Made by a program: the position numbers and the translations under genes
The notes under the pieces: generated by a model
Told to the model about the DNA's origin: nothing
Databases searched by the model: none
Seen by the model: only the letters and a program-made list of their open reading frames with translations
DNA from: Bugula neritina
Taxonomy: Eukaryota; Animalia; Bryozoa
Reading direction: 5' to 3'
Assembly (NCBI GenBank): GCA_964035545.1
Contig: OZ037765.1
Span: forward strand, 13,216,698-13,280,697
Length of the DNA: 64,000 nt
Part shown: positions 12,801 to 26,800 of the stretch, in pieces
Layout: each line of letters starts with the position of its first letter
How positions within the stretch are numbered: the first letter of the stretch is position 1

Positions 12801-15800
12801 AACAGTGGTACAGTGAAAACAATACATGAAAGTTGACTATGCAACACCATAACAGCATACTATATTGCTGTACGCTAGTCGCAGTAAAGCAAAAGCACAG
12901 CATTATAAACAAATTACATTGCCTAAATTGTAAGCACAATTGTAAATAATTTTCTTTTACAAAATATAGATTTATAAATATAAATAAAATTTTTTTGCCT
13001 TTAAATACTAAAAATGTTGCACAATTTTCTTAAATTTGGCTCAAAAATTTTAAGTATATTATAACGTATTATTTCATTATTCATGTCATGTAACTGATAT
13101 CCTCGTGGGTAAGAAAAAAATAAAGATTCAATTACCTTTGGTTACTTCATAGCTGGTCCCATATGGACAAACGTCAGGTTTATGCATGGTTATGTTAACA
13201 TCATAATCTCTTATACAACCGACATCTTCAGTAAAATGTATGGACGGGAATGGATTCCAAAGATCTTCTGTTTCGTTTACTCGAATGTACCCATAGTCAC
13301 TAACATCGAAATCAAAATTTAGTAATGTGACAACTAATTTTAGTTCATGAAGAATTGAGAGTGGTTAAGTATCCATTCCGACAGTTCAAGCAAAAATGGA
13401 GTAACAGCTAGAATAGATCAAATCATTTTGTATTATCAACTATAGGTGAGGCAACAGCTGAATGTAAAGAGTAAATACTCACCACTCATAGTCTGAGCGC
13501 ACGCATTTGCAGGTCTTAGAAAATTGAACTCTTTCATACTCCTTTCCATTGAAACACAAAGACGAAGGTATTTTTCTCTCTATGACTTCCTGCTCCCCCA
13601 GAAGGCAAATTTCTTTGAGTGTAACATCAATACCAGGTGACCATTCTTTGTAGTCATCGATGTCGCATATTTCTACATTAGAACCAATTGTCACAGAATG
13701 TTTGATAGATCAAGTATCATCTATTAGGTGAGTATAATCAAATTAAAAACTATTTCTAAAGTGTTCAAATTTTAGACAGCATAAGTGATGAATGGAAGAT
13801 ATAGAAAGCAAAGGGCATTTTCCTGGATACTGTCTCCTTAATACCATTCTGCACCACGGTGAATTACTGATTAGATTTAAACTTGAAATTGGCAACCCAT
13901 GATTTGCCATCAGAAGGTCCCAATTTTAAATACAGGTAGTCAAATCACATATAAGACAACTTCAACAGTGATCAATAAGAAGTTGGTCTAAATGACATGC
14001 TCACAATACTTCCAGGTAAACCTCACTTGCAGGGGTGTAAAGTTATTTAACTGCATAACATTTCATCGAAAAAGCATCACTTTATATTTAGCTACCCATA
14101 GAAACTGCATAAGCACAAAGTTGGGGAAATCAAGCTGCCTATACATGCTCTGTATGATAATGTCTAAAACTAATACTATTACTCTTTCATGTGTCTACCA
14201 AACATTGTACCAGTCACCAGCTGATACACAGCTTCTATTTATAACTATATAGATATTGATATTTATACTAATCTTTAAGACTCAATTTTCTGACATGTAT
14301 GTAATTATAATTACATGTCAGGATATGTGCTGTCAGCGTCAGTCACTGATTAATATACTACAGCTCATCATACAATGTACTACTAGCTGAGCAATGTCAA
14401 AGGCGTCAGTCATAATCATAGCTGAAACTCCTTCATATACTATCTTCATTAGTGGAAGAAATCAAGGTACTTTAGCGTTGACTTACCCGATTGACTCTAT
14501 CAAAGCTTTAAAAAAGAAATTAACATAATGAATACAGGTTTTTTCTAACACAGTAGCACACTAAGCTTAAAAGTTCTAGTCGCACCAAATGTACCAGAAA
14601 ATCTGGCAGTTTAAACTTGATTTGAGCAAAAAGCAGACATTACGCGTACTGCCTGGAGCATGTAGAATTAACACCACAAAGATACACTCAGTAAATGCCA
14701 CAGACATTTGTATGAGGTCTATCAGCTGGGGAGATTACTAGAATTTTCTCCTCCTCAGACCTTCATTAGAGAGGCACCCTCAACCACCAGCCATGCACAG
14801 ATTATGTAGCATTCTGACTATTGGCCACTCTTTGTCATTCAGAAAACTTGAATTTGTTGTTCAACAGTTTATAGTGTAGGATATCTAATAAATTTCATTA
14901 TCTAACTTCAGCAATAAGGAATTAAATAACAATTTTATCAGTCATGAAGGCTTAGAGACCACAGCCATAGGAACATAAAAATATCATGTGTCTGTCATCA
15001 CCTGAGAATATAACTTCCAGATTCAAGTGCACAATGATCCAGGAATGGGTGCCAGTTTTAGAGCCCCATATTGAAAAGTTGGCAGTTTTGCTCCCTGGTT
15101 CAGTGAGTAGGCCGTACACCACTATGGGGCTATTAACAAACTCGTACTCATTCCACGATTCCCCTTCATCATGTGAATACCTAGGAGAATAGTCAACACA
15201 ACCCGTTATTCTGCCAACAATGTACAACAATTGCATAAGTACAGTGGGTTATAAAGCTGCAGTAATATCATACATATACATCAACAGTGGAAGAATCAGA
15301 TTAATGAAGCATGAGCTCAATCTGGGATGTATTAAAAACCCTACAATGAAATTTTTGAATGTGATATTGTATGTGCACAATGCACATAGACTGAGGAATT
15401 GTAACACAAACAGGATATGACCTATATGTATATAGTATCCTAAGGCTAATAAATCATGAGACAATCACTTACAGCAGCGTGCTGGTGAGCTTCCTCAAAG
15501 GCACTAGTACTATTAAATTACCGTGGTCACCAAAGTTGAAGGTGTAGTTTCCCCTAGCAACCTAAACACACAAGTATATCACTGAGGTTACAAAGGCCAG
15601 CAGCTTTCAATGCAGGTGTTAACACACCTGGAATCTCAATGATAGAATAAACCAAAACAAAACAACATAGTATCATTTAAACAACTGTATTACAGCATTT
15701 AAACATAATTTAATTTTCAGAATTTCCAATGTGAAAACGTTTCAATAAACCAAAAACAAATACTTTATATCTGTAAGATCAGCCACATTTATGAAAAATT

Positions 15801-18800
15801 CTATGAATGGAATGGGACTAATTGTGCTAATTAAAAAAATCAATCTTTCCCACAGCTAATGTAAATAAAACAAATAGGTAACTTCAACTCTCAAATGTTT
15901 TATATGGTAAATAGAGTGTCACCTCCTTCCAGTTGAAGCCAGCGTCAGTAGATAGGAAGACAGAAGGACTGGTGTCCTGTTTAAGAGTGTATCCCATCAC
16001 ACCTGATCCCATCACCAAGCCAATCGCGTTAGAGCTACTCAACAGGGGTGCCGTGTAGTAGTGGGAACCGTAAGAAAATTCTTGGAGAAGATGTAGGGTA
16101 CAGCCGCTAAACTACAGAGAGAAAGCAACAGTTGGTTAAGATCTTCATATGAAGTGCTTTACAAAAACTCTTTCTGAGTTTTGGACACCAAACGTAGCTC
16201 TGAGTATATTTTACAACTACCGAAAAGTTAAAACTACAGTTGAAAAATTGTGGTTGGCTTCTTTTTTTAAAGCGACATTTAATAAACATGCTAGTGCATA
16301 GCAACATAGAGATACTGGCTAAATATATGTAATACGAAGGAGTTCTGTTTTGTAGATACATATAAAAGCTAACTAAAACATCACCACTTTCACAAAGAAA
16401 TGTATAGTACAATTCAAGAAGTTGATTAATGCAAACTTCTAAGTACTGATTATGCGAAAAATGAAAGTACTACATAGCATAAATATATATCCCCACAGAT
16501 TTGCCAGAATCATAATAGCACGAGATTTTCTCAGCAGTGAACAAACACAGTGTCAGTTGCTCAGCTTCTACCATGAGTTACCAGGAGTAGGTGTGACAAT
16601 AAAATAACAAAATTACCCAGAAGCAGTGCGTATGCTCAGAGTTGAGGTCCCTAAAGGGGGCGGAGACGTGTGTCCACTCTCCGCCCTTGTCGTACGTAAT
16701 TCTAGTTGTCTGGTTCATGTTGGCGATGTTCAGATTAGCTGAGCCATCGGAGAGAAACTGAGAAGCTATATAAATGCCTTTCAAACCCTTGACTTTGTGC
16801 ACATCAGCATATGGCTTGTTGTAGTACATTCTGTAACAGCAACAAACTCACTATGACCCTAGAAATTGACATTTACTTATATGTTGTGGTCATTTTTCCA
16901 CAAGAAGATCCAAAAGAAGGAATTATGCTTGTGAATTCAGTTAACCAAGTTCAATATTAATTATTGCAATTCTAATCAACAGAGAGCAATATATAGTTGT
17001 TTAATCAGTCAGGGTGACATTGTATTCAACAGGCAATTCACAGTAATCAATAGTCTGCATGTAAGGGAATAAACAGTTGAAAGCAGCCCAGGCATGTGCA
17101 TTTATGAGTACAATATTATACAGTATAATAAATGTGATAATGCTCATTACACCTCTAGTACATTTGCAGCTGATATGGGTTAGTGATGATGAATAAAATA
17201 TGCATAGCAATAAATTCTAGGACAACTATGTTTAATACAAATGTTAGAAGGTTTTCAATTTAAACGTTCTACTACAGTCGGTGTCCATTTTAAAATTTAA
17301 GCGCAGCGCTTGAATACTGACTTAAAATTGCTTTCAGTTACAACTTTGTAGCAAGAAAACACTGGTACTTGCATTCATTTATGACACTGGTGATCAGTAC
17401 ATTTACGCATTTGACACTGTACACATGAAGGGATGGATAATATTGATCTAGTGCATACTTACAATCCGGGGAGAGCAGAGCTACCGGCAGATGTAGGGCT
17501 GATGTACACCACATTGGGCAGTGAAAGAGTATACCTAGTACCAGTAGCATCAGAGACATAGAGATGGGTTGATTTCACCTCATGGACAACACAGACCATA
17601 ACTCTATCTCCATCAGCGTCAACAATATAGTATTCCTGGGGAAATATACATACATAGAAAGGATTAGCCTACTATGAAGTAGTAATACAAAATATTCATC
17701 AAACTAAGTTAAAATAGTTTATAGCATTTAACATCATGTTTTTTTACCAGAATACTGTCAATTTAAGAACACATATATCATTTACTGCAGTGATTTGGTG
17801 CAGCATTGATATACATGCAGCAATCTAACATGTGAAATGTGAATGTATTTATATAATAAGCTTTTATGAATCATGTTATTTTACCATTTCTAGCACCCTT
17901 TACACAACAACTGTGAGCATAACTTGTACACAAACTATGGACATAGAATAAAGGCTTCCTTGACCAGTTGGATATTCAAATTTTATTTTTCTCTCTTTAC
18001 TGTACAAGTCCGCACTAACCCCATTGAAATTATTTTTCAACACCCTATAAGCTAGGACTTTTTGCAATAGTGGTAGTTTAAAAAGCTACAGCATTGATGA
18101 CTATTTCAGCAGAAAAACAGCCAGCTAGCATGAACCATCTGACTTGCCAGTCTTCACAATATACAAACCCTAACTTAATTTTGCCCTGGAAAGTTTTCAA
18201 GATGCAACAGTAATTTGAAACGTATGATGGAAGTTGAATGGTAATGTGAAGAAAAGAGTATCAACTTATTTTCCAATCAATATAAGGTCAATGAGATTAG
18301 TACTAGAAGGTTAGTAGTTAAAAGTACACACTGTGAAGTTTAGGAAATTACAATATAGATTAATACATGTGATAATAAGTTAACCTCCTGATCGTTGTGA
18401 TAAGCTAACTGATGAAATACCAACTTAGCACCAGTGCCATTTTACAAACATGCATGCATTTTATTATTGTATTTTGTGAAGTGAACTGTAGCAATATGTG
18501 TATGAACAATTGAATTACTTAATGTTTAATTTTTAATAGTTAATGAAAGTTATTTTCAATCTGAAACTGTGGGACAAAAAATAGAAATAATTGAGAGAAT
18601 AGCTTTGTAAAAAATACGCTTTTGCTCAAAATGTCAACTTTTTTTTAATTTAGCGTGCATGCAATTTATATTTCTTAGGTTAGACAAATGTCTAAAAAAC
18701 ATTTTTAAAATAAAGTCTGTAACTTGATGGGGAAAACATAACTCTTTCTTTTCTGAATGTTGACTATTTCGAAGATTGATGTAAGAATTATATTTGTTTG

Positions 18801-21800
18801 AATATAAAACAGGACTTGGCAAACATAGTCTTCAAATACCACATTCCCCTCTCTTGATTATTGCTAGAAGATGATTTCAGCTCTATATTGTGTTATTAAT
18901 AAAAATCCTAAGCCATTTTTTCCAACTTTCCTTAAGTTGAATACAGGTATTTATAAATAAGAAGGGCCTACTAATGGATAACTCCCCTGACTCAGTCTAT
19001 TTTAGTAATAAAGATTAATACCACTCTTTAAAAAGCGCAGCTCATGATATTAAAGTACATCAAAGTGATACTTGGTAGTCTTACCAGCATTGCAATATTT
19101 CAAGTTGTATACAATAATACAAGTCACAGTCGGCAGGAAAACCACAATAGAACTATCCCCAGAGTGCAGTTCTTACTTCATAACACATTAAGGAGATTAG
19201 CTTGGGTAATAAACTAATCTCTTATAATTGTCATAAACAAAAAAGTTGTTTTGGCCCAGGAATTAAACTTCTTAGCATAAAAATCTTGTAGCAAGTCCTG
19301 AGCTATATACTACAAGTTGAGCACTAAAGTAAATATAAACATGCAGAAGAAAACACAGCTGTTGTCTGCATCAGGCCGAGTATAACTGTACTATGCAGCC
19401 TATGACTTCATAATATGTCAACTTAGAAGTTGAATAGTTTTCCAAATTTGTTAGCAAAGTCAAGTTGAGTTGAAAAATACAAGAAGCAAAATGGGATATT
19501 TTATTTAACTTGATTACATCATTTTCTCCAAGTATGAAAATGTAAAAAATCCAATACCTTGTTGGAGTGATTGGCTAGCACAGGAAATTCAGCTTTTTGA
19601 AATGGTGACCCATTCTTGGACACATGCAGTTCCAGATGAGAGGACAGCAAACGAGACTATAAAACACAGAGTTTACATGAGTTCCATGGATTTTACACTA
19701 CAAAATATATAATTCATCTCTACCAACAAGTTTTAAGAGAACATACTGATCTCTTGGTGGCAAACATAAAGGAGCCTTCCAACTGGAACTCATGCACATT
19801 GGCAATCACATTCTCTTCGGACAGGCCGCTGTCAAATCTCATTCTCTTGACATCATAAATCCTAGCTGCGGCAGACAGACCCAAATAGGTGGGCAGCATC
19901 ACCAGTAAGGCATCGTTGTCAAAGTCCCTATTAGAAAAAATGGCAACCTTTATTTATGGCAAAAATCAAATGTCATCCTCACACTAGAATAAATGTTCTT
20001 ATTACAGCAGTATTATTCATGTAGTTCTCAGTCCTATAAATTTGTAAACTAAAGGGTACAAATTAAAAGCTTTATGACTGGTCACATGATCAATTCTCTG
20101 TTGAATAACCTTATTGTGCTGAAGTAAATACGCCTTAAGTCAGTAATTCTAGTTGATAAAGGCTGGATTAAGCAATGAATAGCTCAGAAATCTACTATTT
20201 AGATTGAGCATTGAGTGTGACTCAAGGCATACAAAACTTGGCCAAAACATCTTCAATAAACAAAATCTGAGAAGCTCTTTGTAGTTATATAGTTATAACC
20301 ATTGTAATATAACTCAGTAGTTATAATAATAATAACATTCTAGTACAGGTTCATCTTGTTGACAATGCTAGATTTTAGAACCATTTATAACATGGAACAG
20401 TTTGAAACATTCCGCCATGCTTTATAATAGTTGATAAGTTGCTACAACTGTATATATATAAGTGCCTTTAACATTTGCACATTTTTGCATTAAAAAGAAA
20501 TAATAGCATAAATAAGTGCTTTAAAACCTACTTGGTTGAAAAGTTATAAAACTGCTTACCATTGGATATCATGAACATTTGACTTAGCCAATGACCACTC
20601 AGCCCCAAAGTCATATGAGATGTATAGGTTAGTGCTGGTTCTACCAAATGATGCGCTGTCAGAGCCGTAAGCTACCACTACATCTTCTCTAAGAGGATGG
20701 AAGGCTATTCCCAGAGGTTTGAAGGGAACGTGCACAGTTGTGAAATCTCTTAAGTTTCTTGTATATACTATCAGCTGATTGGACTCATCAGTAAGTATGT
20801 AGCTAGTCTGGAAGTAAATTAAAGTAGTATGATATATCACAACGAATATGATTACCATTACAGAAGGGCTGCATTTTAATTGGAACATTTACCAAATAAA
20901 GCAATTTATTACATTGCATGGCCTAAACAAAATAAAACTAAACAAAAAAGGGTAGTCAATGTTATATAAGTTTCGAACTAAAAAAATACATATGATTTCC
21001 AAAAAGCTTAATTAATCATATTTTCATGAAAAGTTATTACAACACTGCTATAAAACATACATCCCTTAGCATTAAAACGTTTCTAAGTTTTTGAAACATG
21101 ATGAGTAGGCATGACAGATTGAAAAAAAAACTTCTAAAACGTCCTTATGCCTATTTTGGTAAGTTAGTGTAAGTCAAGTTGCTAAAACACTGTCATTCAA
21201 TCTTGCTTGCAATTTATAGCAAACACATTCACATGATTAACCCTCTCTCTAAATAATCATAAACTTTTAATTAATCAGAATATATAATGTTTTGACGAGG
21301 CACCTGCATATTCATAATAGAAAACTAAATTTGTTCCAATATTGACCTGCAAGACTATCAATTTGAGAAGTGGTAAAGAGAGCATTAATTTATGCATCAA
21401 ACATTGAGATTTTCAATGATGATATGGCAAATCCAGCCATTAATTTAGATAATTGGTTTTCTGTATATTCTACACTCACAGCAGAAGCAGAAGAAGTTTG
21501 TGGAGGGGAGGCGTGATATAGATTATCTAAGTTTGCTTCCTTTAGACTTCCATCTACATATGTGCATAAACAGCTCCACCCCTTGTCAACAATGTTGGTG
21601 AAATTTTGACCATAGTCAGTAGACACATAAAGGTTTGCTCGTTTACTTCCGCCATAGGTATGGGTAAGTGCAACAACATCCGGGGTCTTTCCAGCCCAAC
21701 TAATCTTTGCATTTGAGTGATCGTCATGCAAGTCAAACTGCAAAGACAAAATAAATGCTTTGCGTAAAACCCTGTGTGCTCAAAATACCCACCCCACCCC

Positions 21801-23208
21801 GGCACCTCTCCTAATGTGATTTCACGATAAAGGATAACTACCTAAGAGATTGAGAAGAATTATAAGCCTAAAGATTACACAAATTTCACATTAGCTTTAA
21901 ACCCACCTAACAGGCCTATTTAGGCTTAATAGATCTTCAATGAAGCAATATAGTAAATAGCAGAACCAGTGAACAGATTTAAATAATTTAAAGCCAGCAT
22001 AAATGTGCTTGTAAATATTAACTAAAGAAATACTGGAGGAAACAACAAAATCATCTAAAGTACGACATATATTATATTTGTTGAAAAAAGTTTTTATATA
22101 AAAGCTTTAAAGAGTTTCAGACTGATTTTAGAAGATAATCTGTTTAGCACATGTACCATGGGCATAGCAGATTCACATAAATAATATTATACAGCAAGTT
22201 TGAGAGCTTTTCTCCACATGAATTATATGGTCTGACCTTAGTGCTGTAAGGCTCCCCAGAGTGCCTGTCTCCATCAGTGACTGATCTTTTCCTTCTTAGC
22301 AACTTTGTTTGTGTATCTATACCGTATTTAAAGATAAATAGAATTATATACTACTGCATAGTTTTCAATGTCAGTGTATTTTTATGGTAGACTTACAGTT
22401 ATTGCTGGCATGTTTGCAAGCTTAAAAACTACAGTATGAACCTCAATACTCAATTAAGAACTCAATGATATGAAGATTTTACCAGAAAAAATATTATTGC
22501 ATAGCTAATCTAGCACCATGGTTTAGTCTGATAGTAATACCAATATCTTTACTAATTAATAACATTGATTATTTATTGCTATTGTTATTAGTTCAACAAA
22601 TTTAAATTAATGAAAACGTAAAATACAAGCCCATGCAGGTAGTGGGTTCACAATTTAAGCCCTTACTATTAGTATTACTAAAAGTTGCTGCTGTGACTAT
22701 TATTATTGACTATACTCATGGTGACTGTGAGACTTAACATTCAATTAATTATGATTATCATAATGATAATCGTGGTCATACTCATAGTCAATAGTCATGG
22801 TGATAGCATGATCAAGTGTTAACACTTACCAATAACTGGTACTGAGAATCAGAAGGAGTCTCAGTCTGATAATTAATGGTCCTACTGATGAAAATACTCA
22901 CCAAGTTTAGGCTTAATTGGATTATTTAATAGTTCTTTTTCATTTTTATTCTTATGACCATAGTTAGACTCAGGTTGATGGTGAAACTGAAAGCGATGTT
23001 CTTCGCGATAGTCTAACTCTAAGTCTTTCCTTGGATTTTCATTTTGAGTTGATGGTAGTATTGGTGGCAAGTGTAACTCGGGTTCAATTTTTATAGATAC
23101 AACGTTTTTGCTACTATCCTGAAAAATGTTTGGAAGCTTGCTGTGTAATTGTTCGCCGAATAAGACTTCAAGGTAAAGCAAATGTATCAAAACACAACGC
23201 AGAGACAT
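1847..23208 (-). CDS. SORL1: Sortilin-related receptor SorLA/LR11 (signal, propeptide with furin RRKR, VPS10P + 10CC, YWTD propeller, EGF, 9 LDLa/CR repeats, FN3 repeats); 3' part lies beyond the window start
   Basis: Phase-consistent GT-AG exons, 5' to 3' on minus: 23208-22902, 22316-22237 (LLRRKRS), 21737-21480, 20807-20560, 19927-19747, 19656-19558, 17635-17463, 16830-16617, 16111-15923, 15561-15473, 15180-15002, 13672-13483, 13299-13136, 12795-12666, 12309-12180, 9775-9534, 8994-8873, 8353-8202, 7758-7639, 7287-7044, 6740-6618, 6401-6282, 6016-5900, 5554-5383, 5285-5170, 4755-4642, 4531-4397, 4301-4170, 4066-3823, 3648-3437, 3143-3001, 2787-2680, 2472-2220, 1975-1847. Diagnostic motifs: Asp-boxes ([33 protein letters not shown]), [34 protein letters not shown], CDxxxDCxDxSDE repeats, [10 protein letters not shown]. 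Confidence 0.95.
6777..6808. repeat. (TA)n microsatellite in SORL1 intron
   Basis: Pure TA run read directly. Confidence 0.9.
7345..7578. repeat. Degenerate ~33-bp minisatellite (~7 copies) inside SORL1 intron 7288-7638
   Basis: Recurring ATATGTGAGTGTA...AGYGATAYGT units. Confidence 0.85.
8404..8729. repeat. 19-bp minisatellite TGTGAACATACTATAGTAC, about 17 copies, in SORL1 intron
   Basis: Direct reading; the consensus unit contains the 10-bp palindrome TACTATAGTA. Confidence 0.95.
9804..10999. mobile_element. Non-autonomous hAT (Buster/Charlie-like) DNA transposon, 1196 bp, in SORL1 intron
   Basis: TIRs CAGTGGTTCTCAACCT and (reverse complement) CAGTGGTTCCCAACCT match 15/16. Perfect 8-bp TSD CACTACAG at 9796-9803 and 11000-11007 with central TA. 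Subterminal GGGGGAA repeats at both ends. Decayed transposase-like peptide on minus at about 10580-10455. Confidence 0.93.
11077..11159. repeat. Perfect inverted repeat: 38-bp arms, 7-nt loop
   Basis: AGATTCAAATTGCGATTCATTTTTAGAAGACTAATACA (11077-11114), loop ATGTATA, exact reverse complement at 11122-11159. Confidence 0.95.
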
Positions 23209-23854
23209 GTTCGACTTCAGGTTTGCGTTAATGTTTACGCTATTTCACTTGCTGTATTTACTTGGTAGCTATTGATTTCGATTGCAGCCGCTCGTCGATC
23301 CGTTCGCCTATGTGCAAGGAGGATAATAATATTATTTCACTTGTGCTAACCATGGAGAACATTAAAGTAAAGCCCGAAAGTTGCTCGTTGTGGTTGTAAA
23401 CTTTAGTAAATATCATTTAAATATTTGTCATCTACTAGTCTGTAGTAGATGACAGGCATTTATATTTTACAACGACCTAAAGTCTAAACATAATATTACT
23501 ATGATTATATTTATTCTAGCAGTAGCTGTATTTTTTAAATCCCGTAAACTTGAAAATCATACGTCACAACTGTGGCTTAAGCGGCTTTGGTATCCTGTGT
23601 ACAAAAGCTAGTTTTCTGCAATTTAAAACTACTGATTTAAGTGGTAGGCCTATGCATAAAAAAGCACATACTAACTGATGACGAGTTTCTAAATACAACT
23701 CATACACGACTTTTTAACATAGAGTGTTGTCGCCAAATATATTTTAATGGAGTTGTTGTCTTTTTTGTCAGTGATTTTCGAGTAAGAGCTCATTGACTCA
23801 ACAACAGTATTTTGATTGGTTGATGGTTACCTTAGGAAAGTTCGGAATGCCATC
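23209..23854. promoter_or_regulatory. Putative bidirectional promoter between divergent SORL1 and ZC2HC1A
   Basis: Start codons diverge 646 bp apart; CpG is locally enriched relative to flanks; 12-bp inverted repeat at 23426-23454. Confidence 0.7.
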
Positions 23855-26800
23855 ATGGCTGAATATGATGGTAAGACACTTTTTATCACTCGACATTGTT
23901 CAAACTTCTACTTCAATTTTTTAGCCATAAACTTAATAGAAATAATAGTGACTAAGATAGTAATTTGTTTACTTTAAGGTATTATGATAGAAAGATTTAC
24001 TTTCATTATGGCAATAATTATTAGTGTTTAATTGCAGTTAATGAATTATATTTATAATTATTGTAATTAGTTATCTGTTACACTTAGTCTTATTGATAGT
24101 AATAGTCATAGTCATAGTAATCGCTCCCAGTCTCTTCATGCTCATACTTAAAGTGATAATGATACTCAATTACTCGGTCTCACACTGATATTATAAATAT
24201 ATTGTTAATTGTGATAGTTATTATGACTGAAATTAAGCTGGACTAATCAATTTCAAAACTTGATATTTGTTAGTTTATGGTGTTACTGTTATTACTATTA
24301 GTAAAATTATAATGTAAAAATTTTTTTAATACCGGTATTTGTAATGTAATACTAATAAAGTATAGACAATGTAAAACTCAGTCAATCAGGAGTGTGCACC
24401 ACTCAAGCATCTCACCATTATACTTATAGCTTATGGGAAATTCTGCAAGTTCAACTGCAAAATGCATACTTTTGAAAAGTAGTTGTTAAACTTTTGTTTT
24501 TTCCTATCTCAAGTTTATGTGTCTCAACACAACTCAACACTACAGCCTATCAGAGTAATGTACAAACTTTAGTGTTTCATGATTACCCAACTTTCAGAAA
24601 ACCAACTCATGGTGTGTTAAAACTGTAACAGGGTATTTTGGCAGGCATTAACTTTTTACTGGCATTTTTAACTCTTAATTTAGCTACAGTGCTCCTTTCA
24701 TATCACACGGTTTCATTTCAAAACAGCCAAATTTAACGGATTCATGAGTTAAATCTAGTATTTTATTATTTCACGAATTGAAGTTTCAAGACCCACAGCT
24801 TAGTGAAGTATGGAGGAAGTGCTGTGTTTTAAAAGATAAACTCAAGATACATTACAAACTTGAGATGTGAAATGAAATAATGCACTTAACAAAAGTGACA
24901 ACAATTTTTCATAAGCATGCATTTTGCTGTTTAACTTGCAAAACTTTATATAAGTTATAATCATGAGATATTTGAGTGGTACACACTTTTGATTGGCTGA
25001 GTTTTACATGGTCTATTGCAGCCATATTTTATTTATAATTATATCTCCTTTTTTTGCTTTTGCTACAATTTAAACATAGACTACTAGTCTTAGTTTCACA
25101 GTTAAAGATATGTAAGCTACAATATTTAAGTTATTTACTAATTAAATGCTAGTTATGAAATGTTGATCATCAGTAATACATTAATACATGTTATTCATGA
25201 ATTTTATTTTGGTTTGACTTAAAACTTAGGCCAAACTAACCTGCTATTCAACTTTGTTATAACTGTCATAGCTTTGAAATTGACTAATTTTAATAGTTGT
25301 TGGATTCTCTTATAACTCATGTAAATCTATCGACAATTTAATTTGTTTTGTTTATAGTTTTTAGCAGTGGAGCAATAGATGAAGCGTTAGTACCATGCAG
25401 CGTATGCAATCGTACTTTCATGCCCGAAACTTTGGTAAGACTTTGATTGTTGGAATTGTGATTTGTTCGTCTATATGTTTTAAAACAATTTATATTCAGC
25501 TTAGCAATATTAATACTATGCACTAATGTATTATGGTGATTTAGGTCAAGCATGAGCGAATCTGTTCGAAAGCTTCAACTTCTAAGCGGAAAGTATTTCA
25601 GTCAGGTCAGCAAAGAGCACAGGGTTCCGATGTGCCCTTGAAGAGTGTTATAAAGACAGGCGTTACACCTGCAAAGGTTAGATGATTGCTTTTAACAGTA
25701 AAAATAAAAAATAGCTTTAGCAATAGTGTGTGTTGTTCTAAAGGTTTTGACTTTTGCTACACAATTATATAAATTTTAATTGAAGAGTTATTATATCATA
25801 GCTATATATAATTTCTATTGCTATAATTATAGATTGTTGCAGCCTTGCATACAGCTTTGGGGTTGGTGTATCAATATGTTTTTGCTTGGCTGGAGGGTTA
25901 GCATCAGTTCTAATCTTAATATGCAATATCTAGGTACCCCATAGATTATGTTGGTTCTCTAGCTAGGTTGGTATGGATAGTAAGACTTGTAGTGTTGGTT
26001 TTGTATTGTCTTTACTAAAAGGTTAGACACTCACTGTTGTTACTCAGTAACATATTTTACTCAAATGTAGTCCTTTCTCTGACACATTCTTTCTGTGCAC
26101 ATTCTCTTTATACACACTTTCTCTCTATCTCCATTTTACCTGCTTTTTATTTCAAATAATAATATACTCATTATATGTATAAGCTACATAGATTACACCT
26201 TCAACATAATTTACATATGTTATTAAATTCAACTAAAATCACCTGAATTCACAGATGTATTTTCTCTGCATAATATAAAAAGAAATAGTTTAGCATGGTA
26301 AAAAGTTATCATAAAAGAAATAGTAATATATTTAGTTTCTTTACTTTATATAATTTGCTTTAAAATGCTTTTAGCGGGCATAAGTATTTGAGTTGAAACT
26401 TGTAAAGTGTTTTCTTTTGCTAAGAGTTCAAATTAAATGATTGACATCCAAAGTTTTTATTTTCAACATTATTATAATTTTGCAATTTTTTATATAAATA
26501 TAAAAAGTGTTGCAGTAAAAAAGCAATATTTGTATACACTATACGTCCTGCTATACACAAATATGTAGACAGCAGTACATCTTCAAAAAATAAGACTACT
26601 TCCATAACCATTTTTCCGATTAACTTGTGTTGAGGGTTGTCATCTTTTTCGTTTGAGAAATTTTAAACGAAAGGAATTTTCTGCCTTTAGACAGCTATTT
26701 TTATTTGAAATTTTGTGGGCTGACTGCATAGTATCTTACTCTTACTAATCAAATCAATAAATAAAAAAAGTAATTATTTTTTCCCCAGCGATAACTTCTA

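Noticed and set aside
13785-13870. GTGATGA...CTGA pair spaced like a C/D-box snoRNA
   Set aside because: On the strand opposite the host SORL1 transcript, weak terminal stem, no recognisable rRNA guide.
22830-22901. Possible extra SORL1 exon ending at a GTAAGT donor near 22829
   Set aside because: It would need a ~20-nt intron and gives the wrong phase; exon 1 joins 22316-22237 in frame without it.
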